Origin: Hydrolagus affinis
Taxonomy: Eukaryota
NCBI GenBank assembly: GCA_012026655.1
Contig: JAAILG010000175.1
Coordinates: 62,001-126,000, forward strand
Direction of reading: 5' to 3'
Length of the DNA: 64,000 nucleotides
The position numbers and the translations under genes are program-made. Below are positions 38,895-53,009 of the stretch, piece after piece (within the stretch, counting starts at the first letter, position 1; every line of letters starts with the position of its first letter). The notes under the pieces were generated by a model. It was given only the letters and a program-made list of their open reading frames with translations, did no database searches and was not told the DNA's origin.

Positions 38895-39350
38895 ATCAGC
38901 ATCCAGTTGGTGGCACTTTTGAGTCAGAATGTTGCGGTTTCAAGGCTTGCATCAGGAGTTTGGGTTCAAAGTCTAGGCTGATACTTCACAACAACAACAA
39001 CAACAAAGTATATTTGTATAGTGTCTTACACGTCAGGAAGACGTCCTAAGGTGCTGAGCACCACAGTGGAGTGCTGAATTATTGGGTTTTTGGGATGAGA
39101 TGTGAAACCATAATCCCGTTTCCAAGTCAGGAAGATACTAAAGATCTATTTCAAATGAGAAGGGATTATTTCCCGATCCCCAGTGTCCTGACCAAAATCT
39201 TCCAGATAAAAAACTGGTTGTTCCCTTGTGGCTGGTTGTGTGCAAATTGTCTGCCATGTTGGCCTGCAAATAAATAAACACCACACTTCCCAGTAAAAGC
39301 TCTGTGTAGTACCTTTCAATGGTATAAGGCAGTTTATCAAATGCATATAT
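38895..39350 (+). mobile_element. Old tRNA/Deu SINE with an antisense L2 tail inserted at about 38990-39055
   Basis: Head CAGTTGGTGGCACTTTTGAGTCAGAA..TCTAGGCTGA, then an (AAC)n L2 tail, then GGGATGAGATGTGAAACC...CCCAGTGTCCTGACC. Confidence 0.65.
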
Positions 39351-39939
39351 TATTGATATTATCCAGTCTGTGCGTAAAGTTAAGCAGTAAAGTAGATGGA
39401 AAATATGGCAATGTGTCATAAATAAAGCACTACACTTGACAGCAATTATTACGCCTGTATAGGGATCTTTCAAATAATTCCATTGCAGCAAATGTTTTGT
39501 GAAGAATGACTGAAATAAACAAATTTCCAATCCCCTCCCACTTCATTGTGTGAAATCCTGATCTAAGTTTTTGGGTCAAGCACAAACTGCCACCAGTCTT
39601 TAATGCTCAGTATAGTTTAAATAGAATTACATAAATTAAAGGACTGAAAAAGACTATTCATCCCATTGAATGTTTGGCAGTGCTAATTCCATTACTACAG
39701 CTAACCCAAACTAATCTAATCTCAGTTCCTTGCTTCCTTCCCAGTCCCTTTTTTATGTAGTTACTCTTGTAATGTTGAAATGTTGTTATGGTTTCAGTCT
39801 CAATAGCCACTTGTGGCAAAGCATTCCATGATTTTACAATTCACTGAGTGTAGAAAAAACCTTCCAATCCCCCACCCCACCCCTAACTTTTCTAGTGACA
39901 ATCGTGAATTTATTTCTTCTTTATTATCGATTTATAAAT

Positions 39940-40670
39940 AATAATAGATAACAATAATTCTCGCTGATATAGTGCCTTATCGATTCGTCAAAATATCATT
40001 AAAAGTTTCACAGGATTTACTGCAAAGGGTATTGACAGTGTATTTTGTATGCAATTACAGCAGTCAATTTGTGCACAGAGTCACCCACTAACAGCCATGA
40101 AGTGAATGACCTATTTTACTGGAGGATTGAGTACATGAAGAAACTCCCTTTTCTTTTTTCAACCAGTTCCATGGGACCTTCAGTATCGGCCCAAACAGCT
40201 TCACGCTTCAATCTGAAGCATTGCACTGGACTGTCATCCTAGTCTTTGAGTAGTTAGCTCAGTGGTTAGAGCACTCGCCTTACAAACATGAGACTTGTGT
40301 TCGAATCCAGGCAGATCAGGGCAAAAACGTGGGCAAGTTTTCTTTCTCCACGCGTCTAATAATAATCCCTCAAAAAAAAACACAATAATAAAATAAAATT
40401 GGTCATTTCAACCATGACTGCTTGTGGGACACTGCTGTGTGCAATCGGTTGCTGCGTTTCACCCACAGATATACAGTCAATTCACTTTACATCATACTTC
40501 CATTCTGTGAAGCGCTTTGAGATAAGATGTGAAAAGCGCTATATCAAAATGCAAGGATTATTACTGCAGTATTATATTATTATTTGAGCTCAAACTCATG
40601 ATGTGGGGCTGGAAACCCCAAATCTCCTGACTCTGAAGCAATAAGTGCTACCAACTAAGCCATGCTAGCA
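39940..40670 (-). mobile_element. Old tRNA/Deu SINE hosting a younger SINE
   Basis: Tail and Deu parts at 39940-40250; head (CTCCTGACTCTGAAG..GTGCTACCAACTAAGCCA) at 40583-40670. Confidence 0.65.
40251..40582 (+). mobile_element. tRNA-derived SINE, short variant
   Basis: TAGCTCAGTGGTTAGAGC A box, GTTCGAATCC B box, tail; flanked by TTTGAG at 40245-40250 and 40583-40588. Confidence 0.9.
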
Positions 40671-40767
40671 CTTTGTTTACCAAGCAGCAAGGGAAATCAT
40701 TGACTTCTTACCCTCTTAAAACCAATGCATTATATACAGCCGTATTGTCGGAGGTGAACATTAAAGA

Positions 40768-41026
40768 ACATTTCAAAGCGCTTCACAGAATATACTGTAA
40801 AGTGAATTGACCGTATATTTATGGGTGAAACGCGGCAGCCAATTGCACACAGCAGTGTCCCACGAACAGTCGTGGATTGAAATGACCAATTTTCTTATTA
40901 TGTTTTTTTTGGAGGGATTATTATTAGGCATGTGGAGTAAGGAAACTTGCCCCGGGTTTCGCCTAGACCTGCCTGGATTTGAACTCTTATAAGGCGAGTG
41001 CACTAACCACTGAGCTACAGGACTCC
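40768..41026 (-). mobile_element. tRNA-derived SINE, short variant, lacking the tail end
   Basis: Reverse complement GGAGTCCTGTAGCTCAGTGGTTAG...GAAGCGCTTTGAAA. Confidence 0.9.
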
Positions 41027-43762
41027 ACAGATGTATCATATATACAGTGAATTCAAGTGACAGTGTATTCAGTGAAGCATTATCTCAACAACAACAACTT
41101 GCATTTATGTACCATGCCGCACGGTATCCTATAGCACTTGACAGTAGTGGAGCATGACATGATAAGGTGCTATATCAAATTATTGTTGTTATTATCATGC
41201 CCATCATGTTGTTTGAAAAGGTAAGGGTGTTTCTCCCAGTGTCCTGGCTAACAATCTTCCAGATAAATTAGTTATTCATTGCATGACTGTTTGTGAGACA
41301 TTGTATGAAAATTGGACTTTATATTTGTCTACCAATACACATACAGTCAATATTATCTGACAACAATTCCCTGTAAAGCACTTAAAGATGTTTCACAGTT
41401 GTAAGCGTTATATGAAATGCAAGGATTTATTTATTCTTTTGAAAATGCTAAACTAAAAAAAGGTTCAATTTCTTATTTTGAACCTCACTTATTGAACCTT
41501 ATTGAACCTCATTTCTAATCCTAGCATAATCTTGATTGAAGCGTAACATTTCTTGGCTAACTATTTTTCCTTTGATATAATTTTAACTGTTGATACACAT
41601 TCAATCAGACCAGTCAAATATCTGAATATCCACCGTTCATAAAATTCACTGGACTTTGTCAGTGGCCAAGATTTATAGCTTATTCAGTTATAATCGATAA
41701 GGGAATCTGCTTCACCTGCAACAGCAACCAATTTGTTTTTTAAAAAAGTTGTTTTATTTACACTGAGCCACAAGAGGGAGCACTGGGCAGGAACAGAAAG
41801 CTCCATCTCACAGAGAACCCAGGGTTGACGAACAGTCACTTGCATAAAGTGTGATTCCTATCAACCAAGATTAGTTGATGACAGTCACGAAGGAGACGAT
41901 TGGACCTTCTTCCAGCTGAATTGAGCACAGTGATTGGAGGTAATAGCAGATACATGGGGTTTAAGACCTGTTCAACTCTTAAACCCCTAAAACTCTTAAA
42001 ACTGTTCCTCTTCAACTGTGCTTGCAGTTATCTCATCTTTCTCCCTGGCTTGGCATCAAACTCTGCCATTACTAAGTGCTCCAAGATGCTATCTGCATTA
42101 AGGGCGCTATATAAATGAACATTGTTGTTCTTGGAAGTCAGAAACTTGGAAGTTCATGTTGTCTAAAATTATAACTAACAAAAAAGAAATTGAGTAAAGG
42201 TTCCAACAAATTAAAATCCCAAATTGCTCAGAAATGTGAAGCAGTGGGGAAACATTACAAATGTTTAACTGTACTCTCAAATCTGATCACACACTGCTAA
42301 AGATGTAGTTACACTTTGAACTTGGAGTATGAAGACTATTAAGTTAACGGACTGCTTTATGCGCCTGTCTGGGATTCGTGGAAAAGAAACACCATTCATA
42401 AAATTGTAAATACAGTATTTGGGGGTTCACAATCATGCAAATGTAAATGAGTTAACAGGATGTACAGATAGATGGAGGGTATGGTGGATAACACTGCTTG
42501 GTAACACAGCAAAACAAAAATATATGCATTGGCTTTGATTCCCAGTGTTAGTATTTGCAAAGTAAAAAAGTTAGATTTATGTGCACAGTTGAGAAGGAAC
42601 ATGTATGTGAAGTGCAGAACTTCAACTGCCTAAAGTGACCTCTTCTAAGGTTAAAAAATGATTTATATATGATTTCACACAAATATGTCCCTGGGCCTCT
42701 TATTAAGACCTGAAACCAGTCAGTCTTTGCTGTTCCCCAGCTCCTTTTATTTCCACATGAAAGTGATTAGAGATGTTTATCTGGGCCAAAAGCTGAGGGC
42801 TTGGGATTGCTTTCATCACTGAAACCATGGAGATGTCAAATACATCAGAAAGTACCAGAGACTCAAGCCGTTGAACTATGTCCATCCCCCCTCCCCTCAA
42901 CCAAGTCACTTGCTACAAGTGCATGTACTTACAAGACAGGAAATAAAACTTCCAAATTAAACAGGAAGCTTGTTTTCTCATAATTCGCAGCCATCGGCTG
43001 AAATATGAATCTATAGCGTTGACGTAAACCATGTTCTCACACTTTTATCCTGTTAAGTGCCACAAATGATTAGAGATGTTGTAAAATAAAATATCTGAGT
43101 GTGACAGTTTACAAGCCCAGATACAATAAGCAAGGCTGAATTCAAAAGAACCAATGACTGAGATCCCTTGGGTAATTAAACCAACAGTATTCCACTAGAT
43201 TGCCTACAGGGCTGCTTCCAGGTTGTCATGACTAAAATCTACACAATACAGCTTTGATAATACTGGTACTTGTTCCTACTTCAAGAATAAAAAACACTCA
43301 TTCAGATAACAAGCCTTTTTGATGTTCGCTTTTTGTGCGATTGGTATTTAAGCAAAATAAAGATTTTGAATCCAAATCAGGTTTCTCCAGTATTTTCTTT
43401 GAATTGTCACCATTGGTATGTTTGCTCACAAGATGTTTTGATGAAGAAGGCCTTTCAGCCATACTGGCAGCTTACCATTACAGCATCGTACCTATCTGAA
43501 TTTACTCTGATGTAACCATTCTTACATTCCATTGAACCTGTGAATAAACAGTCAATATGGCAGCAAAACAAAACCATACCACAATACAGCTGCTGTCAAT
43601 GTAGATCCCTTACTCTTGAAAGGCACCTGAAGCAATGAAGAAGGTATTTTATATATCATAATAATAATCTCTGTATTTGATATAATGCCTTTCAAATCAA
43701 GAGGAATTCCAAAGTGCTTCACAGGAGATTTGAAGATGGTAGGTATTCTGGAGACATGAGGT

Positions 43763-44068
43763 CAGTTACCCGTTGCCTTCGCTCCACTGGGTCTGGCCTC
43801 CTCCATGTCCCCCGAATCCTCCTCTCTACCCTCGGTGGCCATGCCTTCAGCCACTATGCCCCGAGGCTCTGGAATTCCCTTCCTCACTACCTTCGCCTCG
43901 CCCCCTCTTTTCTCAGCTTCAGGTCCCAACTGAAGACCTTTCTCTTCGACTGCGCCTTTGGTCACCTTTCTACCCCTGCCCCTGGCTCGGTCCCGGGATC
44001 CATTATTGTGAAGCGCTCTGAGATGTCGTCCATGGAGGGCGCTATATAAATCAAAGTTGTTGTTGTTA
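43763..44068 (+). mobile_element. Young L2 3' end, tail type B
   Basis: RCLRSTGSGLLHVPR..STLGGHAFSHYAPRLWNSLP..LRLAPSFLSFRSQLKTFLF (L2 ORF2 C-terminus); (GTT)n tail. Confidence 0.9.
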
Positions 44069-44096
44069 GGCAAAAAGGGACATTTTCACCCAAACC

Positions 44097-44290
44097 AATA
44101 ATAATAATAATCCTTGTATTTGATATAGCGCTTTATCGCATCTACAAGACATCTTAAAGAGTTTCATAGAATATACTGTGAAGTGAATTGACTGTGTATT
44201 TTGTTGGTGAAACACAACAGCCAATTACGCAGAAACATTCCACAAACAGTTGTGGATTGATTGACCAAATTTGTATTTTTTATTATTTGA
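44097..44290 (-). mobile_element. SINE 3' half
   Basis: (AAT)n CCTTGTATTTGATATAGCGC...GTGGATTGATTGACCAAAT. Confidence 0.8.
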
Positions 44291-45229
44291 TCTTGTAATT
44301 TACTCGAAACTGGAGTGATTGTGTATTTTGTAGGGAAATTCAGTTACCAATTTGCAAACAGCATTGTCTCACAAAGAACCATGAAGAGAATGATCAATAT
44401 TCTCTGGAGGATTATTGACAAGGACAAGAACTTTTGAGACCAGAGACATTAGAAATATAGTAAATACCAAGTACAGAACAATATGTTTGTTTCTGATCAG
44501 CGAGCAACACAGTAGATAGATTTTCAGAGACAAATTTTCTAATTGTATCCGAACTCTAAAAAACAGACATTCTGTAAAGTCTCATAAAGTCAAAATCCTG
44601 GAAAGCATGATTCTGTGGGAGGGAAGGGTGTGGGGGGGTGGCCATATAACATTCTTCAGCTACCTCCTGCAAGTGAACTCACTGCTAGATACTGTTCTCA
44701 TTTACCTCCAACGCAGGATCACATTTATTATCATCTTAAATCATTTGACCAAGAATGAAGTTTTGTTTCCATCTACTAAAAGGTTGAGGAACTATTCCAG
44801 ACTTGGGTTGTATTTCTTTCATCTACTCCTCGAGACTCTGGGGAAGCACATTCTCTGATAAATACAAGGAGATTCCCACCTCTCTGGTCATAAAACAATC
44901 CACTTCTGAAACGCCAGTCACTTTTTATATGAAACTCTAATTTTGGTGAATACTTTGTATGTTTACTGGACAAATTGACTGCGCTAAAATTTAGGTATTT
45001 AGAGCTTGTGAAATTTGGATTCTGGCTTCTTTCAGAGATTGAAAGATCTGGTGTTTACTAAATAGATTTAAAATAAGGTCATAGATCATGAATTCAAATG
45101 TCAATCTTTGAAAAATAACAAAATCATGGAATAAGAGAAAAGGTCATTCAAACTGATTATTTTCACAGAAAATGTACACTCCGCTCTATCGCAAATTCTA
45201 CCCAACTAATTTAATATTGTGGGGATTTT

Positions 45230-46235
45230 AATAGAGTTTTTTGAAGTAGTAACTGCGCATGTCGATCAAGGCAATGCTATGAATGTAGTATGTTTGGATT
45301 TTCAAAAGGCATTTGATTAGATTCCACTTAGAAAATTGGTGAAGAAACTTGGGGCACATGGAATAGGGGGAAATTAATTGGTTTGGAGGGAAGGGTGTTT
45401 TAAGGATAGAAAGCTGAGATTAGGGCTAAAATGTTGTTTTTTCAGTTGGACTAAAGTAGCTAGTCATGTACCACAGGGGTCTATGTTGGAGCCACTCCTT
45501 TTCTCAGTTTTTCAATGGCCTCGACTTAGATATAGGAGTTGGTTATCAAAGTTTGCGGATGATACCAAGCCAGGAAGTACTGTATTGTGAATAGTAATGA
45601 AGATGGCAAACAACTACAAGAGAATTGAAACACATTAGTGTAATGGGCTGATCAGTGACAGATGAAATTCAATGAATGGAAATGTGAGGTGATTAATTTT
45701 GGGAGAAAAAATAAGGGAAACGTAAATGTACTGAATTGCAATGTCTTGCAAGGAGCTGAGAGGCAAAGGGATTTGGGTGTGCAGGTATATTGGTCACTGA
45801 GAGTGACATCACAAGTTACAAAGGGTGTAGAAAAACCTAATAATATGCAGGGTTTTATGCACAGCAGCATAGAGTACAAAGTAGAGTACAGTTTTGAGGA
45901 GAGATTGGAGAGAGAAGGTTAAGCAGAGACTTGATAGAGGTATACAAAATTATGAGGGGGGTCTGGTTAGGATAGATAGGGAGAAATAATTTCCATTGAG
46001 AGGGAAATCAATAGGGGACCTAATTATGATAGCCGCAAGAAGAGCTAAGGAGAAGTTAGGAGGAGAGTGGAATGATTTTAGAGTAGAGCATTGGAGGCAG
46101 AGAGAAGCAGACAGGCCTATGAAGAGGTATGGGGATAAGGTGAAGCCATAGGATTGAAGCTATATCCTCACTCTGTGAGCCAGTAGACCTTGTTGGGCTG
46201 AATGGTCTCTTTCTGCACATATAGATTTCTATATT
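45230..46235 (+). mobile_element. CR1 LINE, decayed reverse transcriptase to 3' end
   Basis: VDQGNAMNVVCLDFQKAFD, VPQGSMLEPLLF, SKFADDTK, QMKFN..KCEVINFGRKN and RDLGVQV motifs, with stops and frameshifts. Confidence 0.9.
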
Positions 46236-46259
46236 TCAACAGCAACAGACAAACATTGT

Positions 46260-46398
46260 ACAAAACACAAAATACTACAGATGCTGGAAATCTGAAACAA
46301 AAACAGAAGTTGCTGGGAAAACTCAGCAGGTCAGGCAGCATCCATGGAGAAAAGAAAGTGAGTCAATGTTTCGGGTTCACGACCCTTCATCAGAATGG
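46260..46398 (-). mobile_element. Penelope-like terminal repeat with hammerhead ribozyme core
   Basis: Reverse complement CTGATGAAGGGTCGTGAACCCGAAACATTGACTC...GATGCTGCCTGACCTGCTGAG...TTTCCAGCATCTG. Confidence 0.65.
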
Positions 46399-46689
46399 TA
46401 GGTAGCTGCAAATTTTTATGGTTTTATGGTTCTTGCTGTATAACTTTCAATAATGAAAGTAAAGTAATTTATATAAAATTGTAATTGACATCAATGCTAA
46501 TTTCAAATGGAACTAAATAGCTATGTAGATTTCCAGAGCTATAATGATGCATTTTGATGCATTTTGTTCTACTAGGGAAAATCTTAGTGACATATTTCCT
46601 GTAAAATATGTTGCTCGGTTTTATGCTTTAAAGATGACACTACAATAATTACAAAAAACTAGATTTGCCTTTGGTGGAATATCTCAAAG

Positions 46690-46901
46690 ACTAAGCAAGG
46701 ATTAATCTGAGAGAAGGCTGGAGAGGATTTGCGGGAGAATGCTGGATAATTTCCATATTTAAAATATTGGGGAGGACAGGTTTGTAGGGTTATGGGCAGA
46801 GAACCAGAGAATGGTTGAATCTCTCTTTTCAAAGAGCCAGCACAGACTCGACGGGCCGAATCACCTCCTTGCATGCTGTAAAATTTGATGATTCTATGAT
46901 T
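46690..46901 (+). mobile_element. CR1 3' end
   Basis: GAGCCAGCACAGACTCGACGGGCCGAATCACCTCCTT...ATTCTATGATT tail. Confidence 0.7.
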
Positions 46902-49900
46902 TTAACAATCACAAATAGGACATGTCACTAAAAAAAGGTGACTGAGAAACAATTTCTTAATTTACGTATTTTTATGGCTCAATTAAAATGCATCATAGAA
47001 TTCTTTAAAAACCTTCTTGTATTTTGATGTATCTTTCTTCATTCTTGTGCTTCTCTCACTCTCTTTCCTCACGTTTTGCAGTGTTCAGTTTATTGCATCT
47101 TTGTGCACCTGCATTCTGGACAGTTGTTGTACTGTTAATAATAATAACTGTTATTCACAACCTCACAATCATACCTAGACACTGAAGTTCACCACTCTTG
47201 AAACAGAAATGCATAAATCAACATTTGGGTATTTTTTTGTATGGGATGAATACAGTACACCTAATTTGCTGATCCTCAGCAGAGGATGGTTGCTCTGTGA
47301 ATTAATGGTGTTTCCATTTTTAGCAAATTACCATTTGCAAGGCATATAAATGTACAACTAGTTAGATTCAAAGCAGAATAATTGCAGTCAAAGTCTGGGT
47401 ACCATAATTTCAGCTGTTGATAGTGATCAAAGGTGCACTCTCGGATATTCAGGTTTCGTTACACTCTTGGATTTAGCTGTGTACCATGGTCCATATGCAA
47501 TCAAAATATTTCCAGTTTTATATGTTTTGCACCAAGGAATATTACAAATGTTTTACTTGTATAGTATTATTTTCATGTTAGCAGACTTGATGTTTAGTAG
47601 CTTTCTGGCAGTAATGTGGTTGTGATATATTAGAGAGCATTCATGTTTTTCCCAGATATTGCAGAAGTAAAATGCATTAAAAATCTCTGGAGCTACAGAT
47701 GCTGTTCCCTGCTAGTTAATTCTAACAACAATAATAATAATCATCATCTTTGCATTTGATGCAGCAATTTTCAAGTCTTTTAGACTTCTCAAAATCCTTC
47801 ACAGAATGTACTGTTAAGTGAATTGACTGTATAGTTTATGGCCTACAGCTATGCTCGTATGAAGACCATGTACTGTATATGGCTAAGTAATTTAGATGAT
47901 TTACCCACAAAATACAGTCACTCCATTTTAAGTATATCATGTAAAGCACTTTGAGATATCCTCCTGTTGTGGGAGGCTCTATAATAAAGGTAAGGATTGT
48001 TACTATTAATAATGCAATGACGCAATCTAGGAAATCAATGGGCCTTGGCTAACCCAGGCCTGCTGGAAATTCCCCCTCCTTCTCTTGTGTCATCAACAGT
48101 GGCGAAACCTTCAGCTACTATACCTCTAACCTCTGGAAAGTCTAACTCACACCCACTTTATCTATTTTGAAGTCCTGCCTTAAAACCTGCCTCTTTAACT
48201 GTGCATATGGTCACCTCCCCCACCTTTTCCCTTGATCAGCATCCAAACCCATGATTGCGAGGTGATCTGGATCATTATCCCACCTAAACAGCACTGCATA
48301 AATGCTAGTTGTTTCAGTAAACCAAGCATAAAGTGAACAAGGCTTTCGCATGCTGGGAGAATCTGGCCCTGGGATCTCACTACACTTATCTAGAATGATT
48401 GATTCAAATTGGCAAACAAAAAAATCTAACTGAACTAAGCTGACCTAACAGATTAATATCCCAGATCTTCAGCAGACTTGCCCCAAAGGTAAACACATGT
48501 TGTCTATTTGTCCTCCCACATATTTATGTTTAAAGGGCTATTGGGACTTTGAGGCAGATTAAATTTCTCGAAGTGCCATTAGCATGGTCTGCTCAAAGGG
48601 TAGCATTTATCCACCAGTCATTTGTGCAGATGTATCTGTTTAATTACTAGTTTTTTAAGGCAATTTTTATTTTGGAAATAAAGTTAAAGCATTCAATGGA
48701 AAAATGTGACTTAATAAAACAAAATATGGTTCAGAAGATGGTGAAAAGTTTGAGAAGGACCAGTATCAGTTACAGTGTCTCCTGTTTTATGTGCTTAATA
48801 TTGATGTAAGATACCTGATCAGCTCATGCTGTTTTGATGGCCTCCTTAATAGTCCTTGACAGACTGCCTGTTGTCCCTCTGATTTGCTTTCTCCCTCGTT
48901 CCAAGCCTGCTTCAAGACATAACTCGTTGTCGGTGCTTTTGGTCCTCTTTGGTTCAGCCAACAGTGTCCAGTGGGTTGGAACTTGCCCCTAATATGAAAG
49001 TCACTGTGTAAATATAAATAAAAATTGTGTTGTCATCTTTTACTACATTGGTCAATATCCTATTCTGACTTTTGTTGTGCAAACGATGAGATGTAATATG
49101 TATGGATTCTCCCATGCTCGGGTCCCGTCCCCTGACTGTTCAGCAACTTGGGACATCCTCCCGATGTGAAAGCTGCTCTATAAATGTAGTATTTTTGTTG
49201 TTATTGTTGTTATGGATTGCGATACTCTGCAGCTTTTGCCACGGTCAAACAAAGAGTCAAAGCCAGAGTTAGCTAAGCTGCTAACATTCAGGTGGTAACT
49301 GGATAGTGTCACATCACATAGCCACAGTGCACACCCATTACTCAAGTTAATGGTCTTTACATTAACAGTTACGGATTGTTATGATTAATTATTCCTGCAT
49401 CTCATTCACATTGTTTGTATTGAACAATATTTTAAAATGGTTTCCAGCTGCTTCCTTGTACATCGGATGGATATGATCAATTGTACTGTAGTGTAGTGTA
49501 ATTTACACCATGTGTGTGAAATTTACATTTTATACAAAATTACAGCACTAAGGTCAAGACCTAATTGGGCATTTTTCCCAAACATGGCAAAAGGATTGTG
49601 TAAGATCAGGTGTCATTAGCTCTCTTCTGGTGATTGGATTAAGAGCTGTTCTGCATTTTGATCTGGTTTGAATTTTCTTTATAGACAGTGAGTTGCAGAT
49701 AAATATATACCAGAGGTAATAACTATAATCACAATTTTCCATTTATGACCTTTCTTATCAGAAGACATCGCAACAAGCTTCACAAAATTGACTGTGAGCC
49801 CTCAGTGTAAGCACAATGAAGCCATTCTCTGCTCTTGTCATTGATTACTTTTGTCCACCGTTAATGCCCATCAGATGTTAATATAACTAAGACATGGAAT

Positions 49901-50264
49901 TGGTAATGAGTGTCAGCAGAGGGCATGCAGTTGCCACACACATGCTTCCAGTATAAGAGCGGGAGCGCAGGAAAGCCTGGGATAATTTAACTTCTCAATG
50001 CAGGTTTGGCTATAATAATAATAATAATCCTTGCATTTGATATAGCGTTTTTCACGTCTTCTAGACGTCCTAAAGCACTTCATAGAATATATGTGGGCTA
50101 TGACCAACAAACTCAGCACAGACTGGTTCACAATATTTGAACCTGCTCCGTAAACACATTAAAAGTAAACACATTAAAATAAAAACTCTACACATTATAC
50201 AATCAGCACTGTCCTTCAAACTCTGTCTTTATGTATTTTTTTCAAGAAATGCAGAAAACTAACT

Positions 50265-50616
50265 TTAGCTCAGTGGTTAGAGTACTTGCCTTGCAAGCGA
50301 GGGACCTGGGTATGATTCCCATCAGGGTGAAAGGTTGGGCAAGTTTCCTTACTCCACACACCTCTGTTTACCCAGCAGTTTGCAAGAATCCAGTTGTTAG
50401 TCAATTAGCGGATCGCTTTTCTGTGGGTAATAATAATTCCTTTAAAAAATCGTCCACTTCAATCCATGACAGTTTGTGGGACACTGCTGTGCACAATTGG
50501 CTGTTTCGTCCACAAAATGTATACTCAAATCACTTTACAGTATATTTTGTGAACAGCTTTGAGGTGGCCCGAACACATGATAAGGTGCTATATCAAATGT
50601 AAGGCTTATTATTATT
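50265..50616 (+). mobile_element. tRNA-derived SINE, long variant
   Basis: TAGCTCAGTGGTTAGAG head, CCTCTGTTTACCCAGCAGT segment, (ATT)n tail. Confidence 0.85.
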
Positions 50617-51064
50617 TCAAATTAAGGCTGAATTTTTTACACAACATGGTCTTCCAGACTAAAGCTAGGTGAAATTTCAGGCCTTGAATACTTGGCAGCC
50701 AAAACTTGTGCATCTGGAATGTTCCCCATTAAGATTTGCGGTGGAATCTCCAGCATTAAAGCAAGTGATGTCTTAAATGCAGAATAACTACCTAGTTGTA
50801 AGGGACAAATAGAACAATGTTGTTTAGTAAGATGGGTTTTAAAGTTAATTTGATGCCCATGCTAGGTTATGCTGTTGAATATGAAGTTACAAGGAATCAC
50901 GGAAATTAAATAACATACGGACCAGAAATAAACCATTGGATCTTTTGATAAGCCCTCTTTTTGATGATTTTGAGTTGTATGTTTTAGTGAGAGCATGAAT
51001 TCAAAGGAAAGAGGACAATAAATGTCTGCCTATGGTAAATGGGCATTAAAGTGCCTAAACCTGG

Positions 51065-51455
51065 TGTGTCAACTTGCCTTAGTGGTAGCACACTCACCAC
51101 TGAGACTGAAGGTTCAAGTCACACGTCAGGAACTCACATAGTTTAAGCTGACACTCCAATCAGTGCTTGGGTGTATTGTATTGTCGGAGGAGAGGTTAAT
51201 CCAAGGTCCCGTCTGACTGCTCAGGTAGACGTTAAAGATTCGAAAAGAGAAGGGAGTTTCTCCCAGTCTCCTGGCCAATAATCCCCCAAATAAAATTGTT
51301 CATTTGTTTTGCAGCTGTTCGTGGGACATTTTTGTGGCATTTAGTACTTCTGCGCTTTCCTACAAATACAGTCACTGCACTTCACAGTAAATCTTGTGAA
51401 GTGGTTGAGATGTCCTTCACATGCGATAAGGCACTATACCAAAAGCAAGGATTTT
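51065..51455 (+). mobile_element. Near full-length old tRNA/Deu SINE
   Basis: GTGTCAAC..AGTGGTAGCACACTC..GGTTCAAGTC head; CCCGTCTGACTGCTCAGGTAGACGTTAAAGAT Deu domain; tail. Confidence 0.75.
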
Positions 51456-53009
51456 TAATTAAAATTGCCAGCACATAAACACACTGGGATTGGAAAAACA
51501 CTTGTCATGTAAATGGTGCTTCAATGCTGGAGTAAGTATCTTGGAGTGTAAAGCATGTTTCCTGCAGGAAACCCCATGTAGATCATGCTGATTTGTGAGG
51601 CCTCAGCTCAAAAGTAAAGGATTGCTGGACCCTCCAATCTCTGTTCTAATCTACTTTCATAGATTTTCAGTAACGGACTTGAAGAAATTGACTTAATTCA
51701 CGAACAAATTTGTTAAAATTGCAATCTTGGCATTTCCTTCTGACCTGTTGTTGTGTTTGTACCCTTTTCTGGTCAGAAAATGGTCTGAAAACAAATTGCG
51801 GAAAAGGTATTTGGGATCATGACTCTTTCGGGAAGTTGTTACTGAATCCTGTGAATTCAATTACAAAATGTAAATTGGAATTAGTGTAGCAACATCCTCT
51901 TTGTGAATGGTGCATTATAGACCCAAATACTTAGATTTCTAATGAGATTAAGTTGTGCTCATGCACTTGATTTACAAGACTAACTAAGCATATGTTATAG
52001 ATTTCAAGCAGATTTAACTTCTCTGTCTCACTCTCTCCTTTGACAGTACATCAAAGTGTGTGCTCACTCTAAACCAGTGGCTACCACTGGTTATTCTCTC
52101 TTTTCTGCTGTGTCTATATTCTTTCCCTTCACTTTTTGTGTCAAGACAGCTGTGTTGTGTCTGTGTTTTTCTATTTCCCCTGTGTTACATCTCTTTCTCT
52201 CACAGAAAGTAGTGAGATTGTGGTGTTTCATAATGCATTTGCTAAATATCACATTAAAATGCTTATGAAATGCTGCAAATTTTCCCCCAGTGTTTCTTTT
52301 GCTTACATTATGTGCCGTACAGATATTGATCAACATAGGTAGATTCACATAAAAGTAGATAAATAAACATCAACTCACATTTATAGATAATTTCACAATA
52401 AAGAGCGAGAACGAGAATAATCTGAGTTTAATAAGGACAGACTGTAATTGCTTTCAACAAATTAGATGTTGCATTTTTTCCGTTGGTTGAAGCACAATGT
52501 AGCAGTTCAGTTTGAGTACTTAACATACACTAAAAATGCGTAGATTCTCTCTTTATTTCAGCCCTTCACCTGATCTATAAAGGATCTGCATCAAAACTTT
52601 ATAAGTGACCAGCAAATTTACCTTCCTGCTAGAATCTATGAGACCTGACAATTTCCTGTCAAAATATTTTGATACAAAAAATGTCTCTTGTCTGCACACA
52701 TGAATCTTTCTCCCTTAGACATGTGGGAGATTGCGGTCCTGCATAACTGCATGGTTAATGGAGCAGTGTAGTCAAGTTCCCACTTGCTTTTGAACCAGAA
52801 TGCTGTTCATGCACCCATAACTCCAGGAACACACCACCCATACCACCCCCCACCACCACCCACATGCACGCAGAGTTTAAATACAAAAACAGAAGCAATC
52901 CAAATTGAACTAAAATTCTGGTATAAAATGAGAAAATAGCAATGTGCTCTCTCTCCCCCACACAAGCACACACAACACACACATAGACACATAGAGACAC
53001 AGAGCAATA

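Noticed and set aside
40251-40325. Apparent tRNA-Val gene, and similar heads elsewhere
   Set aside because: No proper acceptor stem or Pol III terminator; it continues into a SINE body and is one of many diverged copies.
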